From positions 70,914 through 134,913 of the forward strand of contig RHPI01003256.1 in assembly GCA_009103225.1 (NCBI GenBank): a stretch of DNA of 64,000 bases, written 5' to 3'. A program made the translations under genes and the position numbers. Below, one piece after another: positions 50,659-61,977 of the stretch (position 1 is the stretch's first letter; every line of letters begins with the position of its first letter). Origin of the DNA: Chlorokybus atmophyticus (lineage: Eukaryota > Plantae > Mesostigma and Chlorokybus algae). The notes beneath the pieces were generated by a model. That model was not told where the DNA came from. It ran no database searches and was given only the letters and a program-made list of their open reading frames with translations.

Positions 50659-53600
50659 TCAGCACGCTGCTGACCAAACGTCTTCATCCCTTTCAGTACA
50701 TACAACCCAGCCTATTGCCTGTTGCATGTCTTGCGCGTACACTCCAACTGACCACGTGCTCTTCAGGGTCGCTGCGCTGTGAGAGGCCTGTGCACAGCAA
50801 CCATGTTGATTCACGACACGAAGAACAACAATTGCATACTGTACATGAGTCATGATATTCTTGCCTGCCAGTTGTGACCTTGCCACCCATCTTGAGGCAG
50901 AGTTGCCTCAGGAGCTCCTTTGCGTCCGCAGGGGGGCGTTGCTGAACAGCAGCGCCGATAGGAGGCTGGGTGAGACTAGACAGCACACCCAGGGGTTGAG
51001 CGAACTGCTGTTGCTGCTGTACAGCTGATATGGCTCGCCTGGTGGGAGCCTGCGTGTCGCACATGTTGCTCAATATCTGCATGCGTGTGGAAACCTAATA
51101 AGCTGCTGCAGCATTTGGGGACATTGAGGGCACGCAAAGTACCTGTCGAATATACTGCGATTTGACTTGCAACCATCGCCTGTCATTGAAACAAAATCAG
51201 GTCAGCGCAGGACAACTCCAACTTCTATGCGAGCACTTACTGCTGCTACTACAGGCGACTGCGGTCCTACGAAGATAAATACCTGCGGCACTGTGTTCGC
51301 GTGCGACCCTCAAGATGCTGTGCAATGACCGTCCAGTTGCTATCTCCATGCTGGCGTACAGCATCTGCAAGCTTGCGGTCATCCTGCATACCAAACCAGT
51401 GACTTCGCCCAGTGTACACAGCAAACCAACAACTCTCACAACATCAACACATGGGGACTTGAGCAGCAAGCTCGGAGGCAACATGTTGTAGCTTTAGAAT
51501 AGAAACAAACGCCAACGGCACTGCGTACTGCTTTGGTCCACTTGTTTGAACGCTTGATGGCTGGGTCCAAGACATTACACCAGCGTTCCCTGCACTGGAG
51601 ATCTGACCGCCCCGGCACATATGTACTGATCTGCTGCCACTGTGGAGGGCCTATCACCTGCACAGAAAGTGCCAACAACCAGACACGAACACTTCTCAGT
51701 AATGCTGCATGCGACACGCAACATTGACTAGCAACATCGCATGTACCATCACGGCCCATTTCAACGCGGCATCTTCCTCAGGCTTCCAATGCCCCTTGTT
51801 CTCGACCCCCAACGTGTGCTTCCACCTCACCGCGCACATGCCACCTGTCCGCCCTGGTAGACACTTTGAAATGGCCAGCCAGTTTCTGGTGCCGTGGAGT
51901 GAAACCGCCATCTTCAACTGCTCATCCTCCTGCAGACAAAGCCCAGTGTGTTGGGCGCATGCATGATGGATCATAAGTAGGCTCAATTACACCAATCAAC
52001 ACATTATGTACCTCCAGTGTCCACTCGCCACGTCGTTCACTTTCTTTGCGGTCGCGCATGTACCGACGCAGGCACTGGGCAGCCGTGCGGTTTGTACCCA
52101 GGGTGCTTGCAATGACTGCCTGCATGCAAGATGGGTGTGAACTCTGCTTCTCTCCTTTCAAGCTACAGCGAATGCCACGCTGTTGTTGGAAAACTTACCC
52201 AGTTAGTCTCGGAATGCTCCTTGGCTAGTTCCTGCAAGCGTTTGTCCTCTTCCAGTGTCCAACTTGCGCTCTTGTTGATGGAAGGGTTCTGTAAATACAT
52301 CGTAACCATGTCAAGGACCTACATTTGGTGGCAACGCATGCATCTCAGCATACACGTGGCAGCACCACAACCTACCTAGGACACCTTCACTTCTACTGAC
52401 AACTAAGTACTCATCACTTGACCGCATGGCTCAGCATGGGAGAACAATCCTTAAAATCCCAACCCGAGCAACAGCGTGAGTACCACAGCCATGACAACAT
52501 AATGATGCCACTGCTCACAGTGGTGCTTTACGCCCACATGATACGAGCCAACAGTCATGTATTCTCACTTGCACGTTGATCCACTGCAGGCGACATTCAA
52601 GTGCGGATCGCCCGGGCACAAACATGCCAGCGACTTTCTCCCACTGAATGCCCTGTGCAAGCGCAGCATCAAGCGCTGTAGCAGTTGGCGAGATACTCTG
52701 CAGCTCAGCCATGCGCTGCTTCAACTCAGTTTGAATGGCTGGTGTCTGCAGTAAGCAGAGGAGTGTAAATGTATGAATTCTCATTCAAGGCACTGCACGA
52801 TCACATTAATCAGCCTACATCAAACCTACCCGTGTTTGGCCTTTGTACTTGTCCAGCAACGCCCTCACTTGCTGCTCTTGAGCCTGCTACACGCACTAGA
52901 TGTGATTGAGCGCCCTGAAATGTGACCCAACCCGCACTAGCTGCTTCACACTCAAAACACAGCGCAGCTTAATGTTAATGTAACAATAAAACATGACCTG
53001 CTGCACGACGCCAAGGTGCAGGCTGTTCCGTTCGGCATCCGTCCAGCGCTGGTTTTTGTACACCAGGGGCATTTTCTCCCGCAGCCGACGCAGCTGAGCA
53101 CCAGCTTCGGTCTCGGCGGGCATGCTGCCATTGGCTGTCTGAAAGTACCAACGCCCAGTCGCATAGGACACGCTCCTGCCTGCACTGTCCCGTCCATCTG
53201 CAACAAACAAGGCATGCAAAATTTGTCAATGAAGAGCCCGTCAATAGTCCATTTCAATCCTCACCTGTTTCTTTGGATTGCAAAGCGCACTGCAGTTGTG
53301 CATTCTTGGCGAGAGAAGTCTCAATCCGTTGCAATGCACGTCGCAGCCGCTCTTGACACTACTTGCAACACACATGCATGGTGAGGTCACAACACGCTGT
53401 TAAGGCATTGCTTGCTTCATCAGCCCTGTGCGCTGCAAAACATGTTCGCATATAGCACCTGTCGGTTTAACTCCAGAGCACGCGCAGCAGCTGCAGATGT
53501 GTCGTGGCTTTCTACAGTCTCTAACTCCGGAGGCGCAAGGCTCGCTGGTGGAAGCCATGCTGGCTCAGGTAGCGCCGATGACGATGGTGAGAACCACAGC

Positions 53601-54669
53601 GAGGCACTGTGCTCCAACTCCACAACCTTTGCGATACCGGACGCACTGACTGCTGCCTCAACATCCTCTGCTGCTACCTCCTCTCCTCCTTGACTGTCGT
53701 CATCTTCGTCCTCGTCCATCTCTTCCTCAAATTCCTCATCACCTGCCTCCGGCCCAACCCTGCCACAACGTCACCACTGCAAGTTGTGCGCCGAACATCA
53801 TGCGCACAGTGCATACTGATAGTGCTTTGCACAATTGCGAATGTCATACCAATGCACAACTTGGCGAAAACGTCTAGTTGCATAGGTGCAACAAACCAGC
53901 ACATATGAAAACAGAAGATGTTGCACGCTGTGACTGAGCACACGACTCCTCACGACCCATTTGCAGGCCGTCAAAAGTCAACTACATGCATGCCAAAATC
54001 TACCATGTAATCTGTGCATACAATCTGCAGCTTTACACGGGTCCTCATGAGCAACCTCATGTGGCTGGCCTTGTTACACTGTTGACGGAGTACTGTATGC
54101 CACACCCATATATTACTAAGCAACTTGCAAGCTGCCATACGGCGTTTCATGGCTTTAGGCAAGACGCATGCAGGGCAGCAGGCATAATGGACGTCATTGT
54201 TGTTGCTGTTGTTGGTGGTGGTGGTGGTGGTGGTGGTGGTAGTGATGGTGCTGTTGTTGGTGCTGGTGCTGGTGCTGCTGCTATTGTGGTTGTGGTTGTG
54301 CATGTGTGTTGCTGTCAACGACACATACTTGCCAGAAGTATGTGTCGTTGCACAAAACTAGGCAGCGCACTGGAATGCACCATCTCACCTGTACAGTTGG
54401 CCGGCTGTGGCTGCGGTGGCGTCATGGAGCACAGCCTGAAGCTGCTCAATCTCACTGCGCAGCTCGTGCCCATAATCCTCCAGGTCGTCATCCTCCTCCT
54501 CGCCGCCGTCATCGCCATCGCTGTACGCGTCAGCCCATCTCGCTGCTGCCAGACCAGCAGGCGCACGCAAACCCCCTCCTCCTCCTCCTGCTACTACTCT
54601 TCCTCCTCCAACGACGGACTTATTCCTGCTGCTCTCCGTGTCTTCTCTACAACTTTCAGCAGCGGACAT
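50659..54669 (-). CDS. SNAPC4-like multi-Myb-repeat protein (3' end approximate)
   Basis: Acidic N-terminus (EEEDDDLEDYGHELRSEIEQLQAV); RWTDAERNSLHLGVVQQ; Myb repeats IQWEKVAGMFVPGRSALECRLQWIN, TNRTAAQCLRRY...GEWT, NWLAISKCLPGRTGGMCAVRW...GHWKPEEDAALK and QWQQISTYVPGRSDLQCRERWCNVLDP. Confidence 0.75.
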
Positions 54670-55474
54670 GCTCAGTTGCTCCACGCAAACAGACGCTTCC
54701 CACCAATCACTCGATAACAACAACCCCTCGTCCTCATGACGGGGCCACCCCCACCACCCCCACCACCCCTGCCGCCGCCGCTGCCGCTTTTGGCGGGAAA
54801 TGCAGCCTAGGGTTATGGTTTCCCGGATCAGGTGATCGGGCTTACCTACATCCTGATCGTGACATCCCAATTGTGTGACCCGGATCAAGCTCAACCCCTT
54901 CACGTGACTAACAAGGCCGCGGCAATATCGGCGTCGCCGCAGGCTCAAAGCGATATCAGCAAAGCGGTACCTGATATCTGCGACGTTCGGCCCAGCGCTC
55001 TCTTCTGAACTGTGACACACGTGACGCCGCTTCCGTCACGCTCGGCGCATTACGTGACAATCTGGGCACAACACACTTAACAAACAGCCAACCGAACAGC
55101 AACAACCGTGGGTCGTTAAAACTTTCGTCAGCGGCAGTGTCGCTGTCAAGGTTGTTGGCGAGGGCGCTGGTGTCCTGCACCACGCGGTCGTTGCCGAAGC
55201 AGCTGAGGAAAGGCGCGTTGGCTGGTAAACCACACACCGGACGACACTGCACCGCTTCAACCTATGAGGAGATAGACAATAGCAAAGGGAGGGGTTGCCT
55301 GTGCTTGCTCACTGTTGATGAGCAGAACATGGACAAGGAGAAAGACATGGAGAGGGAGAGGCAGAGGCGGAGCAGGCTGTGTGGGCTGGTGTTGTCATCA
55401 GTGTATCAGAGCTGTTGGTGAAGCTGCTAGCAGTGGCGTAGGATGCGGGCAGAGTCAGGGAGGCGTCCACTGAC

Positions 55475-57725
55475 ATGGCCGCTCAGCAGCTTAGGCGACC
55501 CAGCAGGGCGGCGTCATCCTTGTCCTCCTCCTTATCCTCCTTCCCCAGGCGTTTCGTGATCGTGGGTCTCTGCTTCCTCTGCACCCTCGTCTGCTACTGC
55601 GACCGCACTGGCTTCTCCATCTTCTTCACGCACGCCGCCGACAACGCCACCCCGGAACCGCTGTCTCAGAGCCTCAAGGGATGGGTGCTGTCGTCGTTCT
55701 ACTACGGATACGCACTCACGCAGGCAAGGAGGAGATTGCACATGATATGATAACAAACGTAGTTCTGTTGGTTGTTGCGGTCATGAGGCATGCATTCCAG
55801 CAATGTGGCTCACCAACCAACAACTTTCTATGCTGCTTTTCCTGGTCTCCTTCAATCTATACTCTATGTACTGTGTGGTCACGCGTTACACATCTAGGCA
55901 TAGGCAAGTTGTCTTGCATATCAATCAAACGTGGACTTGAGCAGGACCCCCCTTGCAAATTCACCAAGGTTCCACATTTACCAATATAATGCTCATTCAA
56001 CACAGTCCGTAAGCTCTGTACGCTGCTTTTTGCCACAGGTTTGTCTTGTTCGTGCGTGCATGCATGCATTCTGGTACAGGAGACGGACCCGATCTTGTAT
56101 CCTTGATGCCAACAGCATTGTATCATACGCGCACATCAATTGCAATGTCTTGTGACCAGGCTTCCTTAACACATCACCCATGCATGCACCTCACAATGAT
56201 GTCATTGCTGTTGTAGCAGTCCGGTAAATACAGCACGACAAACTGTCATTGTGTCGGCTATGAGTTGACTTCTCCAACCCTATCAGATCCCCGGCGGTTG
56301 GGCCGCTGCCAAGTACGGCGGTCGTCGCGTCCTCATCCCTTCCTTCGCCTTATGGACCTTAGCTTCCCTCCTCATGCCGACGCGCGTGTCCGGCGCCGGC
56401 GTGGCGGTGATGGTTGCAGCGCGCGTGGTGACGGGGGGAGCGCAGGGAGTCATATTCCCGGCGATACATACTGTACTAGCGGCGTGGATACCGCCGCACG
56501 AAAGGTCGAGAGCGGTGTCGCTGACAACGTCGGGCATGTACTTGGGGTCAGCCATATCCATGCTTGTACTACCAAGTAAGGGCCATTGTGCGTGCATTCT
56601 TGTTGTTCATTCTTCTCTCATCTTCTCTCTCGCTTCTGACTACAGTTACCCACCCTATGCTATGCTATGTGGACTTGTGTCTCTGTTACTCTCTTGCGGT
56701 TCTTTCGGCAATTTGAGGCACCTCAACAGTCAGTCAGCACTCATTTTCTTTGTTGCTGCAACTGCTCTGTTTGTTGACCACGCGTTGGTACTGACTCTGT
56801 GTGTGCCCACATGCTCATCTCAGATGTGTTGGCCACCTTTGGTGTTGGCGCGGTGCCGCGTGTGGTGGGGCTGGCGGGCATATGTTGGGTGTTGTTGTGG
56901 ATGCGCATGAGCTCGGAGCCGGCAGGTGCCGACTCTGTGACGCTGCAGCAGACGGGTGCAAAGTCCTCTTCCATCGACCTGAACAAGTTGGAGAACGGCC
57001 ACGCCCACGCCCACGCCAACGGCAACAACAACATGTTGGACAATGAGGCCGGGGAGACGCGCAAGCGGCCTCAAGCAACTATCCCGTGGAGCCGCCTGTT
57101 GTCAAGTCCACCCGTGTGGGCCATCATCATCAACAACTTTGTGTTCCACTACGCGTTCTATGTACTCATGAGCTGGATGCCAACCTATTTTGAACAAGGT
57201 TTGCACGCGCGGTTGGCCTCGATGGGACCCTTCAAGATGTTGCCTTACTTCATGATGTTTGTGTTCTCCAATGTGGGCGGCGTGGTGGCCGACCACCTCA
57301 TTGTCCACAAGCACTACAACGTGGGTTACACGCGCAAGCTCCTCAACACAATTGGGTTCGTTGCAGCCGCAGCAGCATTATTGTTGATGCCCACGGCTAC
57401 AACTATCGGTACAGCGGTGGCGTATGCGACGGTGGCACTCGCCATGTGTGCGTTGGCACGAGGCGGCTTCTCCATCAACCACATGGACATCGCCCCACGC
57501 CAGGCCGGCGTGTTGATGGCGCTGTCCAACACCGCCGGCACGCTCGCAGGAGTCATCGGCGTTGCGCTAACGGGCTTCATGCTTGCTGCCAGCAATGCTT
57601 CCAACAATGATGCACAGGGCACTGCGGGGGATTGGTTCGGCGTCTTCGCGGTCCCCGCGGTGCTTTGCGTGGCGAGTGCGGGGGTGTTTGTCGCATTTGC
57701 GTCCGGTGAAAGGATATTCGACTGA
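55475..57725 (+). CDS. SLC17/PHT4-family anion (phosphate) transporter, PHT4;6/ANTR5-like; 3 exons
   Basis: Exons 55475-55723, 56287-56575 and 56824-57725. Motifs VCYCDRTGFSI, SSFYYGYALTQIPGGWAAAKYGGRRVL, QGVIFPAIHTVLAAWIPPHERSRAVSLTTSGMYLG, SWMPTYF, GFSINHMDIAP, LSNTAGTLAG. Confidence 0.9.
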
Positions 57726-59256
57726 ATATTTGAGAGTCCTCTTGTTGATGGGCTCATGCCTGGCACCATGGGATGATGATGCCATGCATTAGTTGAGCTG
57801 TTTTGGTGAGCCATTGGCACTTGTGCTGAGTTGAGTTAGTTACATGACTATAAGGTCGTATTGCGGGCTTTGCCTATGCCATGCTTGCACAATCAGGACG
57901 TTCACAGAGACACTCACTCAACTACAGCACTCTACACCCATTGACATGGCGCACATGTTCAACTGCACCCACAGCACACATCAATCTTAGTTGAACCTTG
58001 CACAATGTTGCAACTCGAGTCACAGGCAGACAGGGTGATATCGCTACAATTGGATCCATTCACCGATTGGCAGCCTCAGGCAACCGCTTGTACTGCTATG
58101 GTTAACATAAACTTTCATGAACAACTTGGTAAGTGTGCAAGACAGATTTAACTACATAGCATAGCAGGCGCAACAGGACAAAGAGCTTGGACCTGAGCCA
58201 AAGAGAAGTGACGAGCAGCAACTGTCTCGACTTGCGCCACACCCATAGCACCGTTATAGAAATGAAGCAACTGCCATGACATGAGAGCAGTTTAACCTCA
58301 CCCCACGCCAGGGTGGGGCACCCAGCTCCCCCAGCCTCTTCCAAACAACCAGCCCACGAACAAAGTACTTTGACGACCTGAGCAGCATTGGAAGAGGACA
58401 ACAGCAGCGACAACGCTGACAACGCCAGCGACAATGCCTCTTCTGTTGATGGCGTTTGCGCGCCTTATGACATAGGTGTTGTGCCGCAGCTCTTGTGGCC
58501 ATTGGAGTTGTGCTGGAGCAGACGAGGAGCCGACATGCTCCAGCTGGTGTCGTCAAGGTCATAAGGATATATGACTACGACCAGCTCCGGCAGCGCGCGT
58601 GACGAGGTTGTCGGTGTCCCATGTCTTGTGCAGGATTTGCTGTGTGTACAAACAGTATGGGGGCATAGTCAGCATTGTTTCCAACCAACCAAGCCTGCGT
58701 CTCTTCGTAATGAGACACGTACCTGTATAAGTTTCCAGAGTCTTGAGCGACCTTGTGAACATTGGGAACAACTTCTCATTGACAACGTCAAACACCGTAT
58801 CAATGCTCCCGTACCCCAGCAGAAACACCACAGCATCAACCTGTGTCTGCTGGAATCGACGGTGCAGCTGATTGGACAGATGCACGTTACGCAAGTGACC
58901 ATCTAGTCATTGCAGCATCCTTACAAACCCTTGCCCCCTAGCGCTTGATGCCAATGTACCTTGTGAATGCTCTACACTCGCACAGATTCATGCTGAAAAC
59001 AAATGCTCCTGGTCACGATGACATTGATACACATATGCGCTGCAGAAAGCCAACACACGGATGGACGGATGGATGGATTCAACGCCTAGATGCAGTCACA
59101 GCCATCTGAGAAAACACTATGTACCTTCCACTGATGTTACCGTCACAGCCTATGCTACCCTACCTTTGCTCAAACTACTGTACACTTCATGTGCAAAATG
59201 TGTGTCACACACGTCACATCTCAGAGCAAGTCTCTCTCTCCTTAACTCCCCACCCT

Positions 59257-61397
59257 TTAGTCTTTCCTCTTGCTCCCCATCCAGTTGGCGACGACAGGCG
59301 TGAGGGCGACGGTGGGAGGGAAGCGGATGGGGCTGGCCGCCTTGTGGGCCGCGTACGCCAGCGCGATAGTGCCAAGCTGAGACCCACCGCTGTCCACCTG
59401 CGTGTGTGTACACATCTGTCTGTTCATCTGTGTGTACACCCAAGCTGCATTCAACCCAAGTCTCACACCTGTATCCCGGCAAGCGAGAGGAGAGCTGCAA
59501 CATTCACACCCGCGTTGACAAGGGCATAGCACACCCCGAAGGAGATGACCGAGAGCGACACCGAGGTGGCCAGGTAGGCGCCACCATACCTGCATATGTA
59601 CTAGTGTTTGTGGTTTGTGGTGTTTGGTGTGTACTTCACTAATGTGAATTGGGGTGCAATCAGTTGATACTAGCGCTGGTGAATAATACTCCATCAAACA
59701 GCCAGACACGTGTGCGCAAACATGTAAACGCTACGTACGACACCATACAAAAGTGTGCATGCACATGTCAACAAGAAAGTCTGCTTCTAACAGAGCTGTG
59801 TACCATTGGTCGCTTGTGAATGTTGTCTATGAGACTGCCAGCCTCCACCCCACGCTTGCACACGCAGTGTTATGTGTACCAAAGCCGCACCCCGCCAGCC
59901 AGCAAACACCAACATGCATGCTTAATTCAGCAACAAATCAGTTTGCTGATGTAAATATCTGGTGGTGGGGTGGGGGACTTGCTATCTTATGCGCCGTTAG
60001 CAGTGTGCATGGAACGACAACAGCAAAGCGATACTGCCATTATTCAACATTGAAGAAACAGTAACGCATGTGCAGTTACAAAGCGGAAAGAGGGAGAGAG
60101 ATTACCATACCATCCCATACATGCACGCATGCATGTTAGCAACATGTACAGACTCAACAACAACACACCTTGCCAGCAGGTCCTTGGCTGTTGTGCCCAT
60201 CTTCTCCCCATCTTCCCCCTCATCCCCCTTGCTCTTGCTCATGGTATTCCTGAGGGCTCTGAACAGGCCAGCCTGCAGCCCCTCATCATCACTATCATCC
60301 TCACCCTTACTTTTCTTTCTATTATCCACATCATCCCCCTTCTTCTTGCTCATGGTATTCCTGAGAGCTTTGAACAGGCCAGCCTCCAGCCCCTTATCAC
60401 CATCATCCTCACCCTTCTTGTACTTACTGCTATCCACATCATCCCCCTTGTTCTTGCTCATGGTATTCCTGAGGGCTCTGAAGAGGCCAGCCTCCAGCCC
60501 CTCATCACCATCATCCTCACCCTTCTTGTACTTACTGCTATCCACACCATCCCCCTTGTTCTTGCTCATGGTATTCCTGAGGGCTCTGAAGAGGCCAGCC
60601 TCCAGCCCCTTATCACCATCATCCTCACCCTTCTTGTACTTACTACTATCCACATCATCCCCCTTGTTCTTGCTCATGGTATTCCTGAGGGCTCTGAAGA
60701 GGCCAGCCTCCAGCCCCTCACCACCACCATCATCCTCACCCTTCTTGTTCTTACTGTTGTTGTTGCTCATGATACTCCTGAGGGCTCTAAACAGGCTAGC
60801 CTCCAGCCCCTCATCACCATCATCATCCTCACCCTTCCTGTTCTTACTAGTACCCACATCATCCTCCCCCTTGTTCTTGCCCATGGATTTCCTGAGGGCT
60901 CTAAACAGGCCAGCCTCCAGCCCTTCATCACCACCATCATCCTCACCCTTCCTGTTCTTACTAGTACCCACATCATCCCCCTTGTTCTTGCCCATGGTAT
61001 TCCTGAGGGCTCTAAACAGGCCCGCCTGCAGCCCCTCATCACCACCATCATCCTCGCCCTTCCTGTTCTTACTACTTTTGTAACTATTTTTGAGGGCCTT
61101 GAACAGGCCAGCCTCCAGCCCCCACTTGCGGGTGACAGCCTCTACCTCATCAATTACCTTGTCGGTCACAGCGTCCTTCACCACCTGCCCCACACCTCCG
61201 CCGCCCTTCTTGTTATCCCCCTCCTTCAGGGCGCAGAGGGCTGCTTGGTGGTGGCCCCTGACACTAACGCTCTGTCTAGCCACATGTGGAAGGCGGAGGC
61301 CTCTGCCGCCGCCCCTGCTGGAGGTGGAGGTCCTGCAGGGCGACAGGGCGGAGACACACGCCGATGCTGAAGTGGACGCTGTTGCCGTCATCATCAT
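59257..61397 (-). CDS. Plastid DUF1279/FAM210-family membrane protein with a ninefold-expanded N-terminal motif; 3 exons
   Basis: Exons 61397-60169, 59589-59469 and 59397-59257 give AKDLLARYGGAYLATSVSLSVISFGVCYALV...GTIALAYAAHKAASPIRFPPTVALTPVVANW, the recalled plant DUF1279 signature. Transit peptide at the N-terminus. Confidence 0.85.
60230..61125 (-). repeat. ~108-bp (~36-aa) coding tandem repeats, 9 copies of GLEAGLF(R/K)AL
   Basis: Counted in the ORF 60102-61397 translation. Confidence 0.92.
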
Positions 61398-61801
61398 GGG
61401 CTACGGGTGTGGCTGTGGATATTGTTGTGATGGCTGCTCGTGCTGTTTCGGTTGTTGTCCTCGCTGCTGTGGTGGATGTGGTTGCCGTCGCCGCCGCAGT
61501 GTGTCTATCGCATGCAACGGCTGTGGATTCGCCCTATCCCCGATGTTCGCTGTAAGCATGCCGTCGGCACGGGAGGCTTGGACTTGTATGCCCAATTTGT
61601 TCAACGTTAATGCAGAGGCGGCGGCCGCGTGCATAAACTCTCAGTACTACTTGCACACGGTCCTTGTAATGTCGGTAGTCACAATAACGGCGGCATAGCA
61701 ACATGCATATAGCAAGGGTACACTGAGCGGTATAGTAAGGCAGACTGAATTAAGAATGAGAAAGGTGCCCGCTTAGGGCACCTTTCTCATTAGGGCACAA
61801 C

Positions 61802-61977
61802 TGTGGCATGTTGCTAATGCGTCTGTATGTGAAAGAGATAAGAAAAGGAATGCATGCTATTGGCTAATGCAATATCTATTGTGCATTCTAATGAGGCGCG
61901 TGGCCTCGCTGTCTGACTAAGAGCGTGTTGATAATGCGGCGCTAACAAGACCATGTGAATAAGCATGCGCCGCTACA
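61802..61977 (-). repeat. 176-bp 3' LTR of the second Gypsy element
   Basis: Minus strand TGTAGCGGCGCATG...CATGCCACA, preceded by PPT AAAGGGAGGGGTAA. Confidence 0.75.

Noticed and set aside
58254-58900. Possible minus-strand exons (VDAVVFLLGYGS...) of another gene
   Set aside because: A splice-donor-like site exists, but I could not build a coherent model or recognise a family.
60070-61370. Hydrophobic plus-strand ORFs 60070-61083 and 60129-61370
   Set aside because: Antisense readings of the DUF1279 repeat exon; only the minus frame splices into the conserved domain.
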